A stretch of 64,000 nucleotides of DNA from an uncultured Verrucomicrobiae bacterium (GTDB lineage: Bacteria > Verrucomicrobiota > Verrucomicrobiia > Chthoniobacterales > UBA10450): NCBI GenBank assembly GCA_963735805.1, contig CAVTMK010000001.1:64001-128000 (forward strand), read 5' to 3'. Made by a program: the position numbers and the translations under genes. Positions 41,101 to 51,554 of this stretch are shown one piece after another. How positions within the stretch are numbered: the stretch's first letter is position 1; the number at the start of each line of letters is the position of its first letter. The notes below the pieces were generated by a model, which ran no database searches, was not told where the DNA came from, and saw nothing but the letters and a program-made list of their open reading frames with translations.

Positions 41101-42264
41101 CTACGGCTGACCTGGAGGCAGGACTGATGGAACGAGAACAACACTATCCGTGTTCCTGCGTATTGCCGTGAATACGTACGTTTGTCCGTTCTGCACGTTC
41201 AGCACCGTCGACGTCGGCTGATAGTTTGGCACGGCCGACACGGTCAGCGTATGACGCCCCGCCGGTACGAACTCATCGTAGCGGCGTCCCTGCACAATGT
41301 TGGCGGCCGTTCTCCCATCGATCTTAAGGTTGAGAGCCAAGTTCCATCCAAAGTTCGGGGACCTCAAAACAATAAGACGTCCACCGGGCTGAGCGACGGG
41401 AGTTTCGGCGGAAGGGCCCGGCTCTGCTGGACTCGCGCCACTTGGAGGAGAAGATGCTTCCGGTGCAGTGGGAGTGGGAAGCGGCGGGACTTGGTCGATT
41501 TCATGTTCGCGCGGCTTCATGGCATACTTTTCAAAATCAGCAGCGGTTCCATATGGCGAAGTGTTTACCTCCCGCGATGAAGAATCCGGAGCCGTTGGCA
41601 TCGGCGCTGCGGCTGGAGTCGGCACCCCGAGTTTCAGTCGTCGATCGGCTAGCTCAAATGGCGCACCAGCCGAGGGGCCCATTTCCTGAAGTTTGCGCCA
41701 CACTTCATTCGCGCGGTTGTAAAGCTGCATGAGATCGTAAGTCTTCGCTAGTTCGGCGAGTACAGCGGCGTTATTCGGTTCGCTGTCTAACGCTTCCTGC
41801 AAGCGTTCGCTCGCGTTTGTCATGTCACCCCGATCGCGCAGCTCGATGCCTTCTCGCAGCAACTGATCTACCAGCGATGGACCGGATGCAGGAGTTTGAT
41901 CTACCAGCGGCGGCCAGAATAGAGGAGTCTGGGCCATTGCTTGAACCGAAGACTCCGTTAGCGTCAAAGGAGTAGGTGTTGGTGACGGAGAGGGGGTAGT
42001 CCGCGTCAGCTCGCTGTCCCAGCGCGACAGGCGAGCGGACATTGCATCCTTGTGCCACCCCGTCCACAAGCCCACCGCAAACACGAGAAGTATAATGGTC
42101 GCGGCTGCCAACCGTTTCTTGAGCAAATTGTTTTTGCTTAGCAAAAGCAACTTTGGGCGCCATCTTCTCCACAGCGGAACGATTAGAAGGACCCACGTGG
42201 CAATGGCAAGTGCTGCGACTGCCACATGGCTTACGAAGGGGTTCAATTCTCGAAAAAAACGCAT
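41101..42264 (-). CDS. Membrane-anchored TPR-like / Pro-rich protein with small C-terminal beta domain (islet cargo)
   Basis: Two hydrophobic N-terminal segments, TPR-like helices (LQEALDSEPNNAAVLAELA), Pro-rich linkers, DUF2846-like VPAGRHTLTV. Confidence 0.65.
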   Translation of the reverse strand: MRFFRELNPFVSHVAVAALAIATWVLLIVPLWRRWRPKLLLLSKNNLLKKRLAAATIILLVFAVGLWTGWHKDAMSARLSRWDSELTRTTPSPSPTPTPLTLTESSVQAMAQTPLFWPPLVDQTPASGPSLVDQLLREGIELRDRGDMTNASERLQEALDSEPNNAAVLAELAKTYDLMQLYNRANEVWRKLQEMGPSAGAPFELADRRLKLGVPTPAAAPMPTAPDSSSREVNTSPYGTAADFEKYAMKPREHEIDQVPPLPTPTAPEASSPPSGASPAEPGPSAETPVAQPGGRLIVLRSPNFGWNLALNLKIDGRTAANIVQGRRYDEFVPAGRHTLTVSAVPNYQPTSTVLNVQNGQTYVFTAIRRNTDSVVLVPSVLPPGQP

Positions 42265-42533
42265 AGGGATAACGCCTCGTTCCAGGGTGCTGGAATCGTA
42301 AGAAAATCGGATACCAATCGCAAGCACGCGCCAGGCTTTGCAAATCGTTTGTGCAATCAAAACGATTCTGGCGGGGCGATTCTGGGTGCTTGCGCGAGCG
42401 TGTCCAGAAAATTGCATGACACTGCATGACGTCGAAGCCCGTCCAAACCGTCATTTCTTTCATTTTTGGCTAATTCGAGGAGCGCCGAAAAAGGCGACTT
42501 TTCCCTCTCATTTTATCTATGAAAATGGAGGAC

Positions 42534-42606
42534 TGGCTGGGGCCGGAATCGAACCGGCGACACGTGGATTTTCAGTCCACTGCTCTACCAACTGAGCTAC
42601 CCAGCC
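42534..42606 (-). tRNA. tRNA-Phe(GAA)
   Basis: Reverse complement GGCTGGG...CTGAAAA...TTCGATT...CCCAGCCA, 73-nt cloverleaf. Confidence 0.96.
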
Positions 42607-43027
42607 TTTTGCAAATCTGCCTCCGCCGTGTGAACCGCCGGCGCTTGCAGAGGCTCACTAAAGCAGAAAACATCTAACCCTCAACACGCGGTCGGTCTGG
42701 TGCGAAAAAACGCGGCGCACTTCGTTGAGGTCATGCCGTTGCAGCTATCTACTGAGGCATACCGAATCGTTCGGCATCTAGGAAGCGAAATCACCGTTCC
42801 CAAGGGCGCATCCACAGCGGGGCCGTTCGGCGGACTCAATGGTATCGGTTTATTCACTCTCCGCGTAATCCATTTCTGTGACCATTTAATATTTTTCGTT
42901 CCCGGACGTATTAGGAGGCGCAGGCCCACGCAAAGACTAATAGAACGGCAATCGCCAGAATTGATTTTACGGGCGGGATTCAGGAACGGAATTTGCTGTA
43001 TATAAAGGCCACAGCTCTTTAAATCGC

Positions 43028-43348
43028 CTATTGCTCGTGTGTCTCGGTGACTTTCCCCGCTTCATTGAAAACGCGGATTATCGCCCAGCGTGAACGCGAG
43101 AGAGAGCGGTACTTCGCGAACGCAACTGCGTTGCGAACTGCGTCGGGTCCGGCATACCAAACTGGGCCGCGCCTGAGGCGATCGCTAATTAGATCAAAAC
43201 CGTTCCGATCCTTACGGGGACGGATCTCATAAACGTCCTGCGCAAGAGTTGAGGACATTTCCACTGAGCTGTTTGCATCCTTCAAAACCTTGTCTGATCG
43301 CGCATCGACAAATCCAACGCTGTTCTGTTCAGTACGCACGGTCTCCAT
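43028..43348 (-). CDS. Small hypothetical protein
   Basis: VYEIRPRKDRNGFDLISD...NAVAFAK...IIRVFNEAGKVTETH; resembles DUF2188-like small proteins. Confidence 0.6.
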   Translation of the reverse strand: METVRTEQNSVGFVDARSDKVLKDANSSVEMSSTLAQDVYEIRPRKDRNGFDLISDRLRRGPVWYAGPDAVRNAVAFAKYRSLSRSRWAIIRVFNEAGKVTETHEQ

Positions 43349-43639
43349 GGAGGATCGCCAGGAGACACGTCACAGAACCAATCTTATTCGCTAACCTGAT
43401 TCATTGGAGCTTGCCAGCCCGAGCGCGAGTTCATTTCCGTTCTGAATCACCAGCGAGACCGTTGACAGTTTCACGGTCATTCATATTCGCAGCTGTGCGA
43501 GGGGAAAGAATGTGTCACGAGGCCCAAACGCTAGATGCAGAATCGGCCGTTGTGAATTACAGGGAACAGGAACCCGCGATTACCGATCCTGGCTACAACT
43601 AATCTGTGCTGGTTAATGACTTCATCGGAGCCCGAAGTG

Positions 43640-46600
43640 CTAATGGCAACTCTCGCTTCCCATGGTGATGAACGCCCCGGGGTTATTTTGATTACTGTAT
43701 TCGGCAGCAATCCAATTGGCGGAGCGATTCGTATTGGAGATTCGAAGCTCATCTATATCTCCATTGAAATAAAATCCGCCAAACGCCGAACCAATCGCAG
43801 CGCCAGGGTTAGACGCAGTAGCAGGCGTTGCCGCGACAGGCCCGGCAATCAGCAATCCGTCCTTGTATAATCTTAGACTTGACCCGTCGAAGGTTCCAGC
43901 AATGTGATGAAATGCCGTAAGATCTACTCCCGTTCCGTCAACGTCTGCACCGCCCCAGAAACCAACTCGCCAGGTGTTGTTCCCTAGAAGCACCATGTGC
44001 GGACCGTTGTTGGAAGTTCCACCCCACGCCATAACGGCATTCCCGTCCGTTGAAGGCTTCACCCATGTCTCCATGGTCCACGCCGTTGCAATAGGAAAGT
44101 CCCCAGGATTAGCCAGTCCGATAGCCTGTTTACTACTGCTGCACAAAATGAGCCGCCCCGTTAATCTTCCCAACACTCGCCGTAGGACCGTTAAATAACG
44201 TCCCATTGTTGCCACCGGTCGAATCGGTCGCAGTCAGGGTCGTTCCATTTCCAAAATGATACACAGCCTTGAAGTTGGTGTCCCATGTGTTGACCGGATC
44301 GGATTGGTCGGTGTTAATCGAGCTATCGCCATACATCAGGTAAAACACCGTGTCTGTCGTATTCGACACGGATGGGATCTTTACCCACGCGATCAGGTTG
44401 CCGGTTGTGCCATTGTATTTTTCCACTTCCCACTTGAGCTTGATAGTCCCCCCGGAGTCAGCGTAAAACCCGATGTCGAATCCGTTGGCATTGGCTACGT
44501 GGCCACCGTTGGCAATCGTCTTAAGCGCCGGATCAGTGAGGCTTACTAGTACCTGTGAAATTGGACTGTGTGCTGGGAACCTTGGTATGGTCGATCGTCA
44601 TTGGCCTCTGACATGCATTCCCAGTTGGAGTTGCCGTTGGGGTTGCAGTTGCAGTTGCCGTTGGGGTTGCGGTCGCTGTCGCTGTAGCTGTAGGAGTTGG
44701 TGTCGGGGTCGGCGGTGGTGGAGTCGGTGTGGAAGTAGCTGTAGGCGTAGGTGTCGCGGTTGGGGTAGGTGTGGGCGTAGGCGAGGAACACGACTCGCTT
44801 CCCATGGTGATGAACGCCCCGGGGTTATTTTGATTACTGTATTCGGCAGCAATCCAATTGGCGGAGCGATTCGTATTGGAGATTCGAAGCTCATCTATAT
44901 CTCCATTGAAATAAAATCCGCCAAACGCCGAACCAATCGCAGCGCCAGGGTTAGACGCAGTAGCAGGCGACACCGCGACAGGCCCGGCAATCAGCAATCC
45001 GTCCTTGTATAATCTTAGACTTGACCCGTCGAAGGTTCCAGCAACGTGATGAAATGCCGCAAGATCTACTCCCGTTCCGTCAACGTCTGCACCGCCCCAG
45101 AAACCAACTCGCCAGGTGTTGTTCCCTAGAAGCACCATGTGCGGACCGTTGTTGGAAGTTCCACCCCACGCCAGAACGGCATTCCCGTCCGTTGAAGGCT
45201 TCACCCATGTCTCCATGGTCCACGCCGTTGCAATAGGAAAGTCCCCAGGATTAGCCAGTCCGATAGCCTGTTTACTACTGCTCACAAAATGAGCCGCCCC
45301 GTTAATCTTCCCAACACTCGCCGTGGGACCGTTGAGTAACGTCCCATTGTTGCCACCGGTCGAATCGGTCGCAGTCAGGGTCGTTCCATTTCCAAAATGA
45401 TACACAGCCTTGAAGTTGGTGTCCCATGTGTTGACCGGATCGGATTGGTCGGTGTTAATCGAGCTATTACCATACATCAGGTAAAACACCGTGTCTGTCG
45501 TATTCGACACAGATGGGATCTTTACCCACGCGATCAGGTTGCCGGTTGTGCCATTGTATTTTTCCACTTCCCACTTGAGCTTGATAGTCCCCCCGGAGTC
45601 AGCGTAAAACCCGATGTCGAATCCGTTGGCATTGGCTACGTGGCCACCGTTGGCAATCGTCTTAAGCGCCGGATCAGTGAGGCTTACTAGTACCTGTGAA
45701 ATTGGACTGTGTGCTGGGAACCTTGGTATGGTCGATCGTCATTGGCCTCTGACATGCATTCCCAGTTGGAGTTGCCGTTGGGGTTGCAGTTGCAGTTGCC
45801 GTTGGGGTTGCGGTCGCTGTCGCTGTAGCTGTAGGAGTTGGTGTCGGGGTCGGCGGTGGTGGAGTCGGTGTGGAAGTAGCTGTAGGCGTAGGTGTCGCGG
45901 TTGGGGTAGGTGTGGGCGTTCCTCCAGCCAGCTTAAAAGCATAGACCTTGTTGCTGGCGGCAAAGTAGATCCGACCGCGTGCGACGATCCCTGCGTTCCA
46001 CTTGCGTGTATTAGCCATCAGTTCGTTTGTCCCACCGCCGGCGTAAACTACCGCGCCGGTATCGCCATTGTAGGCGTGCAAACGCTGGTCTCCGTTTTCG
46101 GAGCCGACCGTCCACACTATCGCGTTATTAGTCCCGTCGGTAGTTGTAACCCACGGCGATCCCTGTCCGCTCTGGCTAACACTCCAAGCCGGGACTATGG
46201 TTGGCGGATTTGTCGCAGTAATTTTATAAGCCGAGATCGCGCTGCTGCCGTCTCGAAAAACAAAGTATCTTCCGTTGCTAGTACGATAACTGGCAGCAGA
46301 CTGACCTCTAACTGCTACACCTACATTGGCATAAGCTACAGGTGCGGCGATGCCGCCAAGACTATTACGATTTAATAAATAGGCGTTGCCATCTTTGCCC
46401 AACGCGAGCGCCAACTGCGAAGGCGTAGCACCGGGCACATCCATGAGCACTGCGCCGCATCCGCCAAGATCAGTATCGCTATTATCAAGGGAGAGCCAAT
46501 TGGTAGGAGCCCAGTAGTTGGTCGGACTGCCATTAAAGATCGGTCCAGTTTGCAAACGAATAATCGCTTCGCCACCGCTCCAGGTACCTCCAGTGTTGAA

Positions 46601-47392
46601 GGTGTTACCGGTCACTACGAACATGTTAGTGCCGTCACTGGCAACGCCGCCATGGCCCCAAATTCCGCCACCGATAGCAGTTGTCGCCCAGGCGGTCACA
46701 CTGGCTGGATTATTGATTTGCACGCCGACAACCCAACCGTGGTAGGTGCCGCAATCGCCGGCATGGCCGGAATACAACACATAGACGACGCCATTAACCA
46801 GGCCGAGTGCAGCTCGCTGGTTCTGGACCAGGGAAGTGAAGGCCGTGCCGTTATACATCGCTGTGGCGTTTACATCCACCGGCCAGCCGGAATTAACGGC
46901 GCCTGTGTCCACGTTCAAGGAATAGATAAAATGCTTCTTCGTCGCGCCATCGATCATGGCGTCTAAGAAAAGTGACCGGGAGGCGAGATCTACAACGGGC
47001 GTGCCCGTGATACCAAGTGGACTAATATTGCCGCACGGCAGACCTGAGCTAACAGGAGCGCCTACATTCCGCTGCCAAATCACCGTCCCAGTAGTGGCAT
47101 TGAGCGCATAAACGTTATTCGATTCAGTAGCGACGATAACCATCGAGGCGCCGCCAGGACCGTTTTCGACGTAAAGGGGTTGAGCGTAAACGTTCCCTGA
47201 AATGGTGCCATCGAAGTTGAGGTCGCGCACGACATTAGCGACGGCAGAAGGGGTAAACGCCGATTCGATGTAGAGGCCATCACGGGAAAGATTGTTCTGC
47301 TCCTGGATAACGTTGACTTGCGCGTTAGCGGGAAAAACCGCAATACAAAGACCAGCAAGGATAAGTAAGAAAGTGGGTTCTACATGTTTCAT
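43640..47392 (-). pseudogene. Large secreted protein (signal peptide, PQQ-type beta-propeller, 2x[PT linker-DUF2341-LamG]) interrupted by three +1 frameshifts
   Basis: ORFs 45674-47392, 44533-45567, 44133-44426 and 43640-44215 join into one frame if single bases at about 45693, 44552 and 44141 are removed (...SNFT|VLVSLTDPALK...; ...HFV|SSSKQ). Confidence 0.8.
43652..45919. repeat. Tandem duplication, period 1141-1142 bp (43652-44778 and 44794-45919)
   Basis: By-eye alignment gives 12 substitutions and 1 indel between the copies. Confidence 0.95.
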
Positions 47393-48420
47393 AAGGTTGG
47401 TTGTGGCAATTGCGCTCCCCTGTCACCCAACGCGTTGAATGCATATCGTTTGTCATAGCAAAAGAGGTTGCACCAAAGATAACGGCGAACGATGTCTTAG
47501 CGGAGCTGTTAAGGTTTCCGACGGCGAACGCGTGCAGCTAAGCGAAAGCAGTCGTGTCTTGATGATTCCGCAAGCCCGTTTTGAACGTCTCGCGTCTTGA
47601 CATCATGCTTGTCGAACCGAACATCGTTTGACAAAAGCACATGTCAAGGATAGGAAGTGAATAACATGTAATAGGGCCAAAAAGCTAGATCCAATGGATC
47701 GTGTCCTCGATCGGTGGATGTTATCGCGGCAATAGCGAGTTATTTCCAGAGCGCCTATAACTCGGACTTTAAATGCCTAAATAGAAAAAAGCGATTGATA
47801 GACGTTTTTTAGCCTAAACTCTCTCACAGCAAAGAGGTGTTACTTGTTAATTTCTGAAAGGTGTATCCCATGTCCTGTATAATTCATTCAAATAAGAAAC
47901 CTGATTAGACGCTTGATCCGATCGTTGTCGGACTTCATGGCGGTTTCTTTTACGTCGGAATACCTGACAAAGTCGGAATATCTTACGCAGTAGTTCAGCT
48001 ATAACTTTTATAGTCGTTTTTCCGTGTACTAGGACACGCGATAGACGCAGCAGCGGAATCGCGCGTTTTGCGTAAGACAGGGACGCCTTTTAGGTCGGTA
48101 CGATTTGCGATGCCACTGCCCGGCTACGTTGAAATCGATCTTGTATTCGTATGTCTCGAATCGTCGAGTGCATTAATTAGGGTCCTGACTTGAGTTGATC
48201 GATTTTTCTCGGTTTCAGTGCCTGCAGAAAATGTCTATGGCATACGAGGCGGAAATCCCAGCGCGAAATGAAAGGTTTTTGACTCGCTGAAGGAAGTGCC
48301 CAGACAAGTACCGGCTCAACAACAAGGTTGTCGCCGTTGCGACAGTACCATCTTTGTTCCTCGACACGGGGTTGCTCTGACCGGATGAGCCGCGGCGCGG
48401 CGACATCAACGGCTATACCC

Positions 48421-48987
48421 TTAAAATTCTCGTGGCAATTCCACCGCCCTGCGCAGAAGGCGCAGGTAATGGTTTCGCGAGATTTCGATGCCCCCAAATT
48501 GTTGCAAGTGCGGAGTCAACCATTGCGTGTCAAGCAAAGTGAATTTTTGCGCACGCATATGTTCTACAAGCGTAACCAGTGCGATTTTCGATGCATCCGT
48601 TACGTGGTGGAACATTGATTCGCCGAAGAAAGCGCCACCGACTGCGACACCGTAGAGTCCGCCAGCAAGCCTGCCTTCCTTCCAGGCTTCGATCGAGTGC
48701 GCGCAGCCGAGTTCATACAATCGGGTATAGCTCTCAATAATTTCGAGATTGATCCATGTATCTTCCCGCCTTGCGCATGCCTCGATCACGTTGGAAAACG
48801 CGTGGTCAATCGTGGTTTTGAAAACACTTTTACGCACAAGCCGCCGCAGCGCGTGCGGCAGATGGAAATCTTCCAACGGCAAGATCGCGCGCGGGTCTGG
48901 CGAAAACCATTGGATCGAATCGTCCTCCATCGCCATCGGAAAAACACCGAGCCGATAACCTTGCAACAAGAGTTCGGGATCGATCAT
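48421..48987 (-). CDS. aat: Leucyl/phenylalanyl-tRNA--protein transferase
   Basis: YRLGVFPM, WFSPDPRAIL, AHSIEAW, GGLYGV, FFGESMFH, DASKIAL. Confidence 0.95.
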   Translation of the reverse strand: MIDPELLLQGYRLGVFPMAMEDDSIQWFSPDPRAILPLEDFHLPHALRRLVRKSVFKTTIDHAFSNVIEACARREDTWINLEIIESYTRLYELGCAHSIEAWKEGRLAGGLYGVAVGGAFFGESMFHHVTDASKIALVTLVEHMRAQKFTLLDTQWLTPHLQQFGGIEISRNHYLRLLRRAVELPREF

Positions 48988-49131
48988 GGTCAACGGAGTA
49001 AAAGTTAAAGCGTTAAAATGGTACAACCGGCAGGCGTTGACCATTTTCAACTATTTAACCTTTTACCCAACACTTGGCGTTACTCCGCAATCCGCAATTG
49101 CAATGCCTCACGGTGTTCATAAAATACATGG

Positions 49132-49329
49132 ATGAAACGCGTGTTGATCCTGTTCGTGATCGCATGCCTGGTTCTGAGCGGCTGTGCTGACCCTCTGGAA
49201 CAACGTTCGACTCAAGAAGTTCAGGGGCAGTTTGAACGCGGGGTAACCGGCCAGGGAACGCTCGGCCCGTTGGAGCGATCTGCGAGTGATCCGGCCGCAG
49301 AGCATAGCGTCCCGCAGACTCATCCCTAG
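49132..49329 (+). CDS. Small lipoprotein
   Basis: [18 protein letters not shown] lipobox; ends 10 bp before guaA. Confidence 0.65.
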   Translation: MKRVLILFVIACLVLSGCADPLEQRSTQEVQGQFERGVTGQGTLGPLERSASDPAAEHSVPQTHP

Positions 49330-49339
49330 CGCGCTGAAA

Positions 49340-50968
49340 ATGTCCGAAACATCAACGCACTCAAAAATTCTCATTCTCGACTTCGGCTCGCAGTACACAC
49401 AAGTAATAGCGCGGCGAATCCGTGAGTGCCAGGTTTACTCGGAGATTATTCGTTTCGACACGCCTGCTGCCGAAGTTGCTGCGTTGAACCCGAAGGGAAT
49501 AATACTATCCGGGGGTCCCGCGAGCGTTTACGACAAGGGCGCACCGCAAATCGATCCGGAGATTTTCTCGTTAGGCGTGCCCGTGCTAGGAATTTGTTAC
49601 GGATTGATGCTGATGGCGCAACATCTTGGTGGACGAGTCGTATTCACCGGACGCCGCGAGTACGGCGCAGGCGTATTGCACATCAAGGACGGTTCCGAGC
49701 TTTTGGGTGGATTAGGTGGGCAACTGGACGTCTGGAACAGCCACGGCGATGAGGTCACGGCGTTGCCGAAAGGCTTTCGCGCCGCCGGGACTACTGAAGG
49801 TTGCGACTTCGCGGTGGTAGAAGATCCGCAGCGGAAACTCTACGGATTGCAATTTCATCCTGAGGTCGTCCATACCCCGCGCGGCAGAGAGATTCTCCAA
49901 AATTTTCTATTTCACATCTGCCACTGCGCAATGGATTGGACTATGGGCTCCTTTATTGAAGAGGCATGCGCCCGTGTGAGGAAACAGGTCGGAAATCAAA
50001 AAGTCGTGCTCGGTTTGAGTGGTGGGGTTGATTCTTCGGTGACCGCTGCACTTTTACACAAAGCAATCGGCGACCAACTCACTTGCATTTTTGTCAATAA
50101 CGGGTTGCTCCGCGCTCGAGAGGAAGAAGTGGTGCAGCGCGTTTTTGGCGAGAATTTTCATGTACGCCTAAAATACGTGGACGCCAGCGATCGTTTTCTC
50201 GCGGTGCTCAAAGGAGTGACCGATCCTGAAAAGAAGCGAAAGCTAATCGGCAATGAATTCATCAAAGCATTTCAACACGCGACTGAGGAACTACTTGAGG
50301 AGGACGGAAAAAACGGCGACCGCACACTCGATACATCGAGTTCCGCCCGCCGGCCGGCGGGCGGAAACAGCGGTTACAAATTTCTTGCACAAGGTACGCT
50401 ATACCCTGATGTAATTGAGAGCGTATCGATCCAAGGAAATCCCGCGCAAGTTATCAAGAGTCATCATAACGTCGGCGGTTTACCTGAGAAAATGCATTTC
50501 GAGCTTGTCGAGCCGGTGCGCCAATTATTCAAGGATGAAGTGCGCCAGGCAGGATTGCAGCTCGGTTTACCCAAAGAAATCGTATATCGCCAGCCTTTCC
50601 CGGGACCTGGCCTTGCCGTTCGCATTCTTGGAGAGGTGACGCCTGAACGTCTATCCATTCTGCGAGAGGCGGACACGATTGTGCAGAGTGAAATGGAGGC
50701 GGCCGACTGGTATTACAAAGTCTGGCAATCATTTGCTGTTTTACTTCCTGTACAATCGGTTGGTGTGATGGGCGACCAACGCACTTATGAGAACACAGTC
50801 GTGCTTCGCATTGTCGAAAGCCAGGACGGCATGACTGCCGACTGGGTACGTCTTCCATACGAGTTGCTGGCGCGTATTTCGAATCGGATCAGCAACGAAG
50901 TGAAAGGCGTCAACAGGGTTTGTTACGACATCTCCAGTAAGCCACCGAGCACGATCGAGTGGGAGTGA
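49340..50968 (+). CDS. guaA: GMP synthase (glutamine-hydrolysing)
   Basis: [45 protein letters not shown]. Confidence 0.97.
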   Translation: MSETSTHSKILILDFGSQYTQVIARRIRECQVYSEIIRFDTPAAEVAALNPKGIILSGGPASVYDKGAPQIDPEIFSLGVPVLGICYGLMLMAQHLGGRVVFTGRREYGAGVLHIKDGSELLGGLGGQLDVWNSHGDEVTALPKGFRAAGTTEGCDFAVVEDPQRKLYGLQFHPEVVHTPRGREILQNFLFHICHCAMDWTMGSFIEEACARVRKQVGNQKVVLGLSGGVDSSVTAALLHKAIGDQLTCIFVNNGLLRAREEEVVQRVFGENFHVRLKYVDASDRFLAVLKGVTDPEKKRKLIGNEFIKAFQHATEELLEEDGKNGDRTLDTSSSARRPAGGNSGYKFLAQGTLYPDVIESVSIQGNPAQVIKSHHNVGGLPEKMHFELVEPVRQLFKDEVRQAGLQLGLPKEIVYRQPFPGPGLAVRILGEVTPERLSILREADTIVQSEMEAADWYYKVWQSFAVLLPVQSVGVMGDQRTYENTVVLRIVESQDGMTADWVRLPYELLARISNRISNEVKGVNRVCYDISSKPPSTIEWE

Positions 50969-51098
50969 GCTAATTTTCGATGGATTTTCAACGTGTAGTA
51001 CGAAACCCTACGCGAGCGTAAAAAATCTAAAAAAAGTGTTGACGCCATAAGCCAGTGGCTCGCATTGTCGATTCAAACTCAAACGGAGGATCGACTAA

Positions 51099-51527
51099 AT
51101 GAAAATCCCTGGACTCATTGTAACGTTGGTGTTGGTGGCATTTGCTTTTGCACCTGCGAAGCTCAATGCTCAGAGCAGTCAAAAACAAGCGTATTCTGCC
51201 AAGCTAAGTTCACCGAGGCTTGGACAGGTTTTGTACGTTGGGCAGCAATTCAGGATTGCGTGGGACGAGGCACTCCCCGATATGCGAAACTTGCACGCGT
51301 GCGAGATGGAGATTTGGCTTTCATTGGACGGGGGCAGGACGTTCTCGACGTGCATTACACCGATAAGTACGACCAGAAGATATTTTGATTGGACAGTCCC
51401 GAACACTCCTACGAATGCAGCGGTCCTGGATATTCGGTTCGGGTGTGAAATGTATTATCCTGAAACCGCTAGTCCTCAGCCGGCATCGACTTTTGTGATC
51501 GCGAAAACTGCCCCGCGTGTGCACTGA
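51099..51527 (+). CDS. Secreted Ig-like protein
   Basis: Signal peptide; SPRLGQVL..GQQFRIAW, LSLDGGRTF, FDWTVP; GGAGG RBS. Confidence 0.7.
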   Translation: MKIPGLIVTLVLVAFAFAPAKLNAQSSQKQAYSAKLSSPRLGQVLYVGQQFRIAWDEALPDMRNLHACEMEIWLSLDGGRTFSTCITPISTTRRYFDWTVPNTPTNAAVLDIRFGCEMYYPETASPQPASTFVIAKTAPRVH

Positions 51528-51554
51528 GTCTTGCAGTCGCGCCGGTTCACAAGG

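Larger units (their letters stand above)
41005..42606. mobile_element. tRNA-Phe-anchored genomic islet remnant (no integrase seen)
   Basis: Bounded by the intact tRNA and a same-orientation copy of its 3' half located downstream. Confidence 0.7.

Noticed and set aside
42620..43020. ORFs 42681-42929 and 42700-43005
   Set aside because: They overlap on opposite strands, have non-ATG starts and show no recognisable motifs.
44620..44785. CRISPR array or DNA-level VNTR
   Set aside because: This is codon-level Pro/Thr/Ala low complexity; no repeat-spacer structure or cas genes were seen in the window.
43652..45919. Diversity-generating retroelement (TR/VR pair)
   Set aside because: Five of six differences in the distal LamG part are at coding-strand adenines of the terminal copy, but only 5 of 12 overall. 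The repeat is much longer and less diverged than a typical TR/VR pair, and no reverse transcriptase is in the window.
48177..48618. Short ORFs downstream of or overlapping aat
   Set aside because: No motifs; they overlap each other or aat, so they are probably spurious.
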